Shown one piece after another: positions 27,409-35,624 of a stretch of DNA of 46,978 bases (the first letter of the stretch is position 1; each line of letters starts with the position of its first letter). Below the pieces are notes generated by a model. It worked only from the letters and a program-made list of their open reading frames with translations. It was not told the DNA's origin and made no database searches. The DNA lies in IMG/VR virus record IMGVR_UViG_3300045145_000042, positions 1 through 46,978 of that record, one strand, 5' to 3'. A program made the translations under genes and the position numbers. This stretch comes from a virus (taxonomy: Duplodnaviria; Caudoviricetes).

Positions 27409-28221
27409 ATGAAAGAAGAACACTTAGATTCCACCGCGATAGGTCAGCGCATCAAAGCTCTACGAAGTGAAAGTTTAGGACTTTCACAGGAAGCTTTTGC
27501 GCGCCTCTTAGGCGTAACAAGAGGCGCAGTTGGCAACTGGGAACTCGGCAAAGGTATCAAGTTCGAAAACATTCAAAAAATGGCAGTCATTCTCAATCAA
27601 CCAGTAGAGTGGATTGCTACAGGACGCGGCCAATTGCCGAGCAATAGTTCCAAGGCAGAGCCTTCAGAAGGCAAGCCGTCCAAACCTCGCCTCGTCTCCA
27701 GCTTTGATCCAGATGATGATGTGCAGTCCGGTAACGGCTATTCCCGTGAACACTGGAAACCGCACACCTCAGGCGCGATACCTGAGCTTGATGTAAAGCT
27801 CGGTGCTGGAAATGGTACGATTGGTGAAGTTATTAATCTACCGGTTGGCGATAACAGTGTATCCGGCCACAAGGTGATCCGCGAATGGCTTATTCCGGTT
27901 GATTACCTGCAGGACGAAATCAAAGCATCACCACGCCACAGCACCATTATGGAAGTGATCGGCGATTCAATGCAGCCGACATATCTGCCCGGTGATCGTG
28001 TTATCGTTGATCTATCACAGGACACGATGAGCGCGGATACCGTCTATGCGATCAGCTATGACGATGAACCGCCCCAGATCAAACGGCTGCAAAAAGTACC
28101 GTTCAGCGATCCGAAACAAGTGAAGATAATTTCGGATAATCCAATTCTTGAGACATTTTCAGTGGAACTAGACAAGCTGACGATCATTGGGCGCATCTGT
28201 GGGCATATCGCTCGTAAGTAA
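27409..28221 (+). CDS. cI: CI repressor (HTH_3 plus S24 peptidase)
   Basis: LSQEAFARLLGVTRGAVGNWELG, AG cleavage site, GDSMQP, IKRL; probable start at 27409. Confidence 0.92.
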   Translation: MKEEHLDSTAIGQRIKALRSESLGLSQEAFARLLGVTRGAVGNWELGKGIKFENIQKMAVILNQPVEWIATGRGQLPSNSSKAEPSEGKPSKPRLVSSFDPDDDVQSGNGYSREHWKPHTSGAIPELDVKLGAGNGTIGEVINLPVGDNSVSGHKVIREWLIPVDYLQDEIKASPRHSTIMEVIGDSMQPTYLPGDRVIVDLSQDTMSADTVYAISYDDEPPQIKRLQKVPFSDPKQVKIISDNPILETFSVELDKLTIIGRICGHIARK

Positions 28222-28280
28222 CTTTAAATTATATGCTTATCTAAAAGACGATTTAGCACCTAAAGTCTGTGAGAATATCT

Positions 28281-29291
28281 ATGGCACGCATACCAGCTAC
28301 TCGCTATGGCATCGCCGAATGGTTTGGCAATGATATAGTGACAATGACACCAGAGCAGCGTCAGTCATTTGCACAAGTTGCCATTTTACAAGACCAAAAC
28401 GGTGATTTATCCAGCGCTCCTAACTGCCCATTCCTTTCAACTGTAGTTGAGAATGCCCGATGCAACAAAGCTAGCGGTGTCTGCAGTATTAGGAAATTTT
28501 CCCGAGCTGAGAATAACTCTGGTGAAATAGTAGCAAATGATAAAGTAGTAACAGTTTGCCCTACCCGATTTCTTCAAACATTGAGCAACGGGGAAAATAT
28601 ATTCACTTGGATTTCAGAAAAAATACTTGAAATATCCAATCCAATAGTAGTGAAAGAGACGCCATTTCTACGTAAAATTTCAGATGTTTTTCGAACTGAT
28701 GAGAAAAACATCGATGCAGATAATGAAGACGAAGGAAAGAAAGCTGGCCGCATAGATTGGATTTTGATTGATCCCTTTAGCATGGAATCTAATGAGCTTG
28801 ATTGGTGTGCAGTCGAGACACAAGCATTGTATTTTTCAGGTAATAAAATGCGTCCTGAATTTGATGCATATGCTGAAACCTCTTCAACTGTATTATTTCC
28901 GATCGGCAAACGCAGGCCCGATTACCGTAGCAGTGGTCCTAAGCGTCTTTCTCCACAACTAGAGGTCAAAGTACCAGTGTTAAGAAACTGGGGTAAAAAA
29001 GTTATTGTATTAATTGATCGCTTTTTCTTTGAAAACATGAACGTTCTCGACGACCCTTTTCCACGAGCAAAAAACGATCAAGAGCGCCGAGATAATTCAG
29101 AAGTTATTTGGTTTGTTGTAGATTATGACGATCATTTAAACATGTACGCTTACAAAGTTATTTACACCACACTTGAAAGCTCAAAACGAGCTTTAAACGC
29201 AACCGAACCACTGAGTAAATCCGACTTCACTAATAACCTAAAAATGGTCATCAATGATGCTTCCCGTAGCAATAAAGTATTCAAGGTTTGA
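28281..29291 (+). CDS. NotI-family restriction endonuclease
   Basis: IAEWFG, Cys4 set (CPF/CNK/GVCS/VCP.RF), GRIDWIL, AVETQALYFSG, RPDYRSSGPKRL.PQL. Confidence 0.8.
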   Translation: MARIPATRYGIAEWFGNDIVTMTPEQRQSFAQVAILQDQNGDLSSAPNCPFLSTVVENARCNKASGVCSIRKFSRAENNSGEIVANDKVVTVCPTRFLQTLSNGENIFTWISEKILEISNPIVVKETPFLRKISDVFRTDEKNIDADNEDEGKKAGRIDWILIDPFSMESNELDWCAVETQALYFSGNKMRPEFDAYAETSSTVLFPIGKRRPDYRSSGPKRLSPQLEVKVPVLRNWGKKVIVLIDRFFFENMNVLDDPFPRAKNDQERRDNSEVIWFVVDYDDHLNMYAYKVIYTTLESSKRALNATEPLSKSDFTNNLKMVINDASRSNKVFKV

Positions 29292-30303
29292 GGATCAACA
29301 ACTCATAAATAATAGCATGGTGGGTATTTTTCATTGGCACCATCTGCACCGTAAAGCCATATTTTGCTGCCATAAGCTTCACTTCGTCAACGTCATCATA
29401 GGTCATCATTACAGAACCACGCACGTTAGCCATAAGAGAAAACAACGCTTCATGGTCAATCTCATTATGAGTGTATAGTCTGGAACCTGCTTTTTTACCA
29501 CCAGCTGTATAGGGTGGATCAACAAAGAAAAAAGCATTTGGGTCATCAGCAAAGCGTCGTATAACTTCAAAGGCATCGCCTTTTTCAAACCGTACCTTTT
29601 CCTTATATCTTCGTATTGTCTCAATACGAGCAGCCAATGTTTCAGGATACCAGCGCGAGCGCAACCCTTTTCCGGCCTCTCCCTCCTTCACTAGACCGGC
29701 GCCTGCGGCCATAATACCGCCTCTTTGCATCCTGTTTTTAATTATTGTTCTGAATGCTCGGAGTGTGGTTCTTCGTGGATTACTGTCTAATATTTTTTTT
29801 ACGTTAGGCAAATTCACTTTAAAAGAAGTAATTTTTTTGGATAGCGTCAAAACATCAGCATCGGAACCATGAAAAATCGTTTTCCAGACCGCAGCTACAT
29901 CATCATCTAACTCGCATAAAAAAACAGCATCCGCCAGATTTTCGGCGGCTACACTTAGGCCTGTGATGGCTCCGCCAGCAAAAGGCTCAACAAAAATAGA
30001 CGGTTTAGTTTTTGCACTCACTAACCACTGCCTAACCTCCGGAACAAGCCATGTTTTACCTCCAGGATATCGAAAGGGACTCAAATGGCGTACCTGTGCA
30101 ACATTAGTTGGTTTATTTTTCTCTTGAATCTGGCTCAAAAGCGCTGTCAATGTCTCTGCTTTCCCAGGGTCTATAAAATGAGGACGAAGGCTATCGAGTG
30201 CAGAACGACATTTATCATGAACAAAAACTGTTGAACGTGTGACACCTTGAGCTTTCAAGCGTGAAATACGTCTTTTTTGTCTTTCAACTGCTGTCGCATC
30301 CAT
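29281..30303 (-). CDS. D12-class N6-adenine DNA methyltransferase with N-terminal RHH-like extension
   Basis: SPFRYPGGKT, FVEPFAGG and DPPY motifs; convergent with the REase, 11-nt overlap. Confidence 0.9.
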   Translation of the reverse strand: MDATAVERQKRRISRLKAQGVTRSTVFVHDKCRSALDSLRPHFIDPGKAETLTALLSQIQEKNKPTNVAQVRHLSPFRYPGGKTWLVPEVRQWLVSAKTKPSIFVEPFAGGAITGLSVAAENLADAVFLCELDDDVAAVWKTIFHGSDADVLTLSKKITSFKVNLPNVKKILDSNPRRTTLRAFRTIIKNRMQRGGIMAAGAGLVKEGEAGKGLRSRWYPETLAARIETIRRYKEKVRFEKGDAFEVIRRFADDPNAFFFVDPPYTAGGKKAGSRLYTHNEIDHEALFSLMANVRGSVMMTYDDVDEVKLMAAKYGFTVQMVPMKNTHHAIIYELLILKP

Positions 30304-30551
30304 CTTTGATTCCCCTTCACCTTACATATTTGGAATTATCATATAAATTAAAACAAACCACTAAATTCCGTGAACATTCACGGACTTTTCATAATCTCAT
30401 ATTTTTCTCGTTTTATTCCAGAATAAGCTATTTTGCATTCGTGCCGGGTTTCGTGCAATTGAGCACATTTATCATCAGCTGTATAAGAGCCCTCGCTCAT
30501 CCCATCTTATGAAAGATCACATAACATATTGTTTTTCTTGGTTATGAAGGA

Positions 30552-30775
30552 TGGTGAGGTAAGGGTTCGAGCTAAAGACCCCCCTACCCCCAGAAAGACA
30601 AAAGCCCTCCCAGAGGTAGGGGAATCTGTAGCATGTCCTGAAGGCTGGAGCCGGCAATGGGACAGATGCTAGAACGCCTTTCAGCCGTTCGTCCTCTGTT
30701 TCTGGCAGCACCGTAGGACTTTCGACCCCCGCGCTTGTGGCTGCACCAGCAAAGGGAATTGCACCCTCGTCACCA
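30552..30775 (-). ncRNA. Candidate structured ncRNA or RNA-primed origin
   Basis: Terminal TGGTGA/TCACCA closing stem, several internal stems, G5TAG6 tract; promoter TTGAGA-N17-TTCAAT directly upstream. Confidence 0.5.
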
Positions 30776-30815
30776 CTTTCATTGAAAGCATCAAAGGCAT
30801 ACCTCTCAACCGAAT

Positions 30816-30866
30816 TGAAAGCAATACTTTCTTTTCGCTTGCATGCAAATGAAAGATATGCTTTCA
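30816..30866. promoter_or_regulatory. OL: two operators TGAAAG-N5-CTTTC(T/A)
   Basis: Sites at 30816-30832 and 30850-30866, same motif as OR, upstream of the recombination operon. Confidence 0.78.
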
Positions 30867-30931
30867 TAAACCCATCAACAGCACGAAGAAGCCCACCGGC
30901 CGATCTGCTTTTCACGATGGGGTTTTATGAA

Positions 30932-31279
30932 ATGAACAAGATTGCTCTGAATGCCGCCGAGCGCATCATGCTCAAAGTCCCGACATTCTCCGGTTACGAA
31001 TACGCCGATCCGCGCCTGATCCATGGCGCGACTTATACAGACGTTATCAAGGCGGCTGGCGATTACGATGCCATTGAGATTTACCGGTTCGACGAACAGT
31101 CAATGTGCGTGACCGACATTACCGATGAAGTGTCTCTGCATTTCACAGGTGATGTTCTGGACAACCCGCCGCTATGGCTTCGCCACTCTGTCAGCTTCGG
31201 CAACATCGTTGCAGCTGAACGCCGTTCAAGCCGTGAATTTGCAACCCATGAGCGTTCGTTCGCTCAAGTAGCTCTGTGA
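30932..31279 (+). CDS. Phage early hypothetical protein
   Basis: First gene after OL; probable ATG 30932. Confidence 0.6.
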   Translation: MNKIALNAAERIMLKVPTFSGYEYADPRLIHGATYTDVIKAAGDYDAIEIYRFDEQSMCVTDITDEVSLHFTGDVLDNPPLWLRHSVSFGNIVAAERRSSREFATHERSFAQVAL

Positions 31280-31280
31280 G

Positions 31281-31502
31281 GTGATGGCTATGACAGCACC
31301 ACTCATGGATCGCGTGTGGGACGCATATTGGGATCAGGGCAACACCAAGCTTGCGCTGGAGCGTGTTGTCGAGGTTGTTCAAGAGGATTCCAAGCAAGCT
31401 CTGATTACCGCTCATGTCGAAATCGAGCGTTTAACGCAGCGCTGCGCTGAACTTGAAGCCGAATTGCAAGCTGCCGGTTTACGACGGTTGGAGGCAGCGT
31501 GA
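31281..31502 (+). CDS. Small coiled-coil phage protein
   Basis: GAGG RBS; stop overlaps the next start. Confidence 0.6.
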   Translation: MMAMTAPLMDRVWDAYWDQGNTKLALERVVEVVQEDSKQALITAHVEIERLTQRCAELEAELQAAGLRRLEAA

Positions 31503-32515
31503 TGGATATCAAGTTTGATCGTGATGAATTCCAGTCAATCGGGACTATTGCGTCCAAGGTTGTAAAGGAAGCAGCTGAAAAGGCTGGTTTCACTGAACAT
31601 CCGGATGGAATTTACTTCGGCATGTCTGACGCAGTTTATCATGCAGATACAGCTCTTGGCTCAACTGGTCTGAAAAAGCTGGTCGGCAACGCTCCAGACT
31701 TTTGGTGGGACAGCTGGATGAATCCGGCTCGTGATGAAAACGACGATACACCAGCCAAAATCTTCGGCCGTCAGTTGCACCTATGCGTTCTGGAAGGCTT
31801 GGAGAAATTCAAGACTTTCCATGCGCCGCAGTATAATTCGGCCAACCGCAAAGAAGGTATAGCCGAGATCAAGGAAATCACTGCTGCCGGTAAGGTGCCG
31901 GTCAAATTCAAAGACTATGCGAAAATCCTTGCTGCATCAGCATTTATCAAAGCGAATAAGACGCTGGCAAACGCCTTTGAAGGTGGTCAGCCCGAAGTCT
32001 CCGTATTCTGGACGGTTGATGGTGTGAGGTTCAAAGCAAGGTTTGACTATCTCAAGCTGAACGCGATTACCGACCTTAAATCCATTGCTAATCGCAACGA
32101 CAAAGCATTCGCCAAAGCCTGCCGTGATGCGGTTGCGAGTTATGACTACATCATTTCCGCAGAGCATTACACCGAAGGGCGCCGCCAACTCAAACGCCTA
32201 CTGAGTGAAGGTCGCGTGTTCGGTTCATATGATCCGGAATGGCTGACAAAAGTCGCAGCAAATGAGGTTTTCGCCTTTGTTTTTGTCTTTTGGCAGAAAG
32301 ACGGCGCTCCGATCTCGCATGGCATCAAGCTTTCCCCTGGCAATCCGCTGTTCAGCTACGCCCGAAGCATGATTGCTCAGGCAGTCAGCAACTACCGCAC
32401 CTATCTGGCCGAGTTCGGTACCGAAACAGCTTGGGTACCATCAACTCCACTTGAAGAATTAGACGAAACTGACCTGCCGGTCTGGTACCAGCAGCGCCTT
32501 ATGACGGGATCGTAA
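31499..32515 (+). CDS. RecE/ExoVIII-like PD-(D/E)XK exonuclease (DUF3799)
   Basis: YHAD...STGLK, FG...H...LE, EVSVFW, KARFD and DLKS motifs. Confidence 0.85.
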   Translation: MMDIKFDRDEFQSIGTIASKVVKEAAEKAGFTEHPDGIYFGMSDAVYHADTALGSTGLKKLVGNAPDFWWDSWMNPARDENDDTPAKIFGRQLHLCVLEGLEKFKTFHAPQYNSANRKEGIAEIKEITAAGKVPVKFKDYAKILAASAFIKANKTLANAFEGGQPEVSVFWTVDGVRFKARFDYLKLNAITDLKSIANRNDKAFAKACRDAVASYDYIISAEHYTEGRRQLKRLLSEGRVFGSYDPEWLTKVAANEVFAFVFVFWQKDGAPISHGIKLSPGNPLFSYARSMIAQAVSNYRTYLAEFGTETAWVPSTPLEELDETDLPVWYQQRLMTGS

Positions 32516-32517
32516 TT

Positions 32518-33516
32518 ATGAACCAGATCGTACCAGCACAAAAACGCTCCCTCGTGGACAGCATGGCATCCCGTTACGACATGGAGCCTGCAGCATTCGT
32601 TTCGGCCATCAAAGCAACAGTAATTAAAGGCGATTGCTCAAACGAGCAGTTTGCGGCCTTCTTGATGGTTGCCAAGGAATACAAGCTCAATCCTCTCACC
32701 AAAGAGATTTATGCTTTTCCAGACCGTGGTGGCATTCAACCTATCGTTTCGATTGATGGCTGGATGAACCTGATCAACTCGCACCCGCAATTTGACGGCA
32801 TGGAGTTTCAGGACACAAACGGTGACGACGGAAAGCTGTATTCGGTTGAATGCCGGATTTACCGGAAAGACCGTGCACGTCCGATTTCCGTGATTGAATA
32901 TATGTCCGAATGCTTCCGTCAAACTGACCCATGGAAGAAATGGCCTAACCGCATGCTTCGCCATAAGGCTGCAATTCAGGCCGCACGATATGCATTCGGC
33001 TTTTCAGGCATCATGGAGCCGGACGAGTACGACCGGATGAAAGATGTATCCCCGCAGGTCAAAACTGTGATTACAGACCCGCTGTCGGACGAGCCAATCG
33101 CCACACAGGAAACCGTGACAGTTGATGGTGAAATACTCAATGAAACGGCAGAACAAGAAATACCGGCAGATACTCCCCTGTCCGATGCCGGTACAGAGGG
33201 TGGTGAGCAGTCCCCATCAGCCGCCACCTTCGATAATTCCAGTACTATCGATCATCTTACCGATCAGGACAAGGTTTCACTGCGAGAACTGATTACACGC
33301 CTGAAACCGGCTGTCGGCGATGATCCGGAAATTATTACAGCTACTGCACAATCATTCACCGCGGCCGGTTTTGCACTGTCAGATTTTGCCAAAGCAAAAG
33401 CACGGGCAATCACCAAGCACTTCATTTCTGCTTGTACCGGTGAACTGGAATTAACTGACGCAATCGCACTTGCCTATGGCATCGCCCAGATTGATGAAAG
33501 CGAGGTTCAGTCATGA
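32518..33516 (+). CDS. bet: Bet/RecT single-strand annealing recombinase
   Basis: LNPLTKEIYAFP, PIVSIDGW and WP.RMLRHKA..Q.AR.AFG motifs. Confidence 0.92.
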   Translation: MNQIVPAQKRSLVDSMASRYDMEPAAFVSAIKATVIKGDCSNEQFAAFLMVAKEYKLNPLTKEIYAFPDRGGIQPIVSIDGWMNLINSHPQFDGMEFQDTNGDDGKLYSVECRIYRKDRARPISVIEYMSECFRQTDPWKKWPNRMLRHKAAIQAARYAFGFSGIMEPDEYDRMKDVSPQVKTVITDPLSDEPIATQETVTVDGEILNETAEQEIPADTPLSDAGTEGGEQSPSAATFDNSSTIDHLTDQDKVSLRELITRLKPAVGDDPEIITATAQSFTAAGFALSDFAKAKARAITKHFISACTGELELTDAIALAYGIAQIDESEVQS

Positions 33517-33896
33517 GCAAGCGCATGGAGTTCTCTCGTAAGGACAAGGCAAAGATCATCGCCCGTGCGAACGGCAAGTGTGAGAAATGCTATGCGATGC
33601 TGAAAACCAGCGAAGGCGAAGTCGATCACATTCTGCCCTGCGCACTTGGTGGCGAGGCAACCGTAGCCAATGGCCGCCTGCTCTGCCGTGTTTGCCATGT
33701 TGAAAAGACGGCCGGAGATATCAAGGCCATTCGCAAGTCAGACCGGCAGCGTGACAAGGCCAGCGGCGCGGTAAGGCCGAAGTCTTCGCTGGCAGGTCGG
33801 AAACAACCAAAGCCGGCACTCCGCAAAACACTGCCACCACGCGCGATGTTTGTACCCATAAATCGTACAACCTTGGCGCAAGGAGGTGGGGAGTGA
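33513..33896 (+). CDS. HNH endonuclease
   Basis: CEKC...EVDHI...N...LC..CH..KT. Confidence 0.85.
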   Translation: MSKRMEFSRKDKAKIIARANGKCEKCYAMLKTSEGEVDHILPCALGGEATVANGRLLCRVCHVEKTAGDIKAIRKSDRQRDKASGAVRPKSSLAGRKQPKPALRKTLPPRAMFVPINRTTLAQGGGE

Positions 33897-34252
33897 ACGA
33901 TCTACCGAGTTGGACAGCAAACCTAACACCGGTTGATATGACCGGAGCAGCCACGCTGCTCGGCGTATCGCGCAGATACCTGGTCGATGCGATTAAGAAA
34001 CACGGCCATTATGAAAGACGCGGGGCAAAGAAGGTGTTTTACCCCGAACATATTGCACTTTTACGGGATGCTTTGACGTGTCAGGACTTAAACTCGAAAA
34101 CAAAAACGGAATTTGGCACGTTACCGGAACCGTCGCAGGACAGCGCGTTCGAAAAAGCCTTAGCACTCGCGACAAAGCAACCGCAGAAGAACTCAAAGCT
34201 CAATACGAAGCGAAGCTCTGGAAACGCCACACCTATGGCGAAGAAGCAGTAA
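33893..34252 (+). CDS. Excisionase-like HTH protein
   Basis: MTGAATLLGVSRRYL...RRGAKKVF; overlaps the integrase start. Confidence 0.65.
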   Translation: MNDLPSWTANLTPVDMTGAATLLGVSRRYLVDAIKKHGHYERRGAKKVFYPEHIALLRDALTCQDLNSKTKTEFGTLPEPSQDSAFEKALALATKQPQKNSKLNTKRSSGNATPMAKKQ

Positions 34253-35121
34253 GGACGTTTGAGGAAGCGGCGCTAAACTATCTCGAACAGGGTGGCGAAG
34301 GCCGCTTTCTTCCGAAAGTGCTCAAATTCTTTAAAGGTCGCGCTGTAGGTTCAATTAAGCCGGCTGAAATTCGCCAGATGGCGATATCCATCTATCCGAA
34401 CGCTGCACCCCGTACCCGTAACCGGCAAGCTGTTGCTCCTGCTCGAGCAGTCATAAATCATGCTCATGACCTTGGTTGGTGCGGTCATATCAAGGTCAAA
34501 CAGTTCGAAGTGCAAAAATCACTCAAGCATAAACCGGTTGATCGTGAGTGGCTGGATGCATTCTTGGCTGAGGCAGACAGTAGCAATCTGCATCATCTGT
34601 CTGCCCTAGTGCTTTTCATGAACCACACCGGCACCCGCGTTTCCGAGGCAATACGGCTTACAGGCAAATACGTAGACCTTGAAAACCGCATGGTCATTTT
34701 GGAGAAAACCAAAACAGATGAATGGGAAACACGACACCTCACCGAAGAACTGGCCGTACGTATTTCAAGCCTTGGCGCAGGACTGAATGATCGTGTATTC
34801 TCATATACAGACCCGAAAGCAGTTAACCGGCGAATGAAGGCAGTCTGCGAACGCGCAGGCATCGAACCACGCAGCACTCATTCCGCAGGCAGGCATTCTT
34901 TCGGGACGAATGTGATGGCGGCTGGCGCACGGGTAAAAGATGCTATGGAAGCAGGCGGCTGGAAATCAGCCAAGCTATTCATGGAGACCTACGTGCACAG
35001 CCATGAAGGCGGTAAACGTGTTGCAGCTTTGCTGAATGACGAAAATTCGCCAACTGGCACGATTTTGACAAGTACACCAAAGCCGTCACGGCGAAGGTTC
35101 GGAAAACAAAGGGAAAAATGA
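34078..35121 (+). CDS. int: Tyrosine integrase
   Basis: TGTRVSEA, KT, HSAGRHSFGT, GGWKS and YVH catalytic residues; N-terminal arm-binding domain. Confidence 0.93.
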   Translation: MSGLKLENKNGIWHVTGTVAGQRVRKSLSTRDKATAEELKAQYEAKLWKRHTYGEEAVRTFEEAALNYLEQGGEGRFLPKVLKFFKGRAVGSIKPAEIRQMAISIYPNAAPRTRNRQAVAPARAVINHAHDLGWCGHIKVKQFEVQKSLKHKPVDREWLDAFLAEADSSNLHHLSALVLFMNHTGTRVSEAIRLTGKYVDLENRMVILEKTKTDEWETRHLTEELAVRISSLGAGLNDRVFSYTDPKAVNRRMKAVCERAGIEPRSTHSAGRHSFGTNVMAAGARVKDAMEAGGWKSAKLFMETYVHSHEGGKRVAALLNDENSPTGTILTSTPKPSRRRFGKQREK

Positions 35122-35137
35122 TAATCGGCTGCATCTC

Positions 35138-35182
35138 TTGGTAATGGAGAGGTCGGGAGTTCAATCCTCCCTCGCAGTACCA
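35138..35182 (+). other. attP core = 3' half of tRNA-Thr(GGT)
   Basis: TTGGTAA anticodon loop, T-arm GGGAG-TTCAATC-CTCCC, TCGCAGTACCA end; 5' half of the tRNA is absent. Confidence 0.85.
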
Positions 35183-35209
35183 GTTTTCCCAAAGAATTCA
35201 AATAGATGC

Positions 35210-35236
35210 AAAGCGCCTCATTCGGGCGCTTTTTTC
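35210..35236 (+). terminator. Terminator restoring tRNA 3' context after integration
   Basis: AAAGCGCC-tcattcg-GGCGCTTTTTT. Confidence 0.8.
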
Positions 35237-35249
35237 ATTTCTGCACAAA

Positions 35250-35301
35250 TGCACGGAACATAGCGCGAATAAACTCGTGCATCCGTGCAAAATCCGTGCA
35301 A
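35250..35301. repeat. Putative integrase arm-type sites
   Basis: ATCCGTGCAA at 35281 and 35292, inverted TGCACGGA at 35250. Confidence 0.6.
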
Positions 35302-35624
35302 GCGAAATCGCAAATATCTTCTTCATTTTAGATTCGCACAGCCTTGGTGCAAAAAACGGCACTGCAAACACGCCGTGAATGAACGGGCACTATAATTTTA
35401 AGAACACTCTTTATTAGAGTTTAAAAAACTCATAGCCAACAACAACAAATACCAAATATAAAAATACATGACCAATAATAAAAATTACGTCATTCTTAGG
35501 CTAATAAAATCGAAAACATATCATTTAAAACGATAAACACGAAGATATTACCGTGTAACCAAAAATTAACCTTAAATTAATATAAGTTATTTCATAATAT
35601 TATTATGTTCTTTTATAATACACG

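Noticed and set aside
30629-30690. Hammerhead or RNase P-like ribozyme core in the structured element
   Set aside because: The required CUGANGA/GAAA and full P4 consensus sequences are not matched
30517-30915. 132-aa minus-strand ORF, and the 5' extension of ORF 30737-31279
   Set aside because: Overlaps operators, promoter and the structured element; no protein motifs
35110-35182. Complete tRNA-Thr gene
   Set aside because: No D-arm or 5' acceptor strand; only the 3' half (att core) is present
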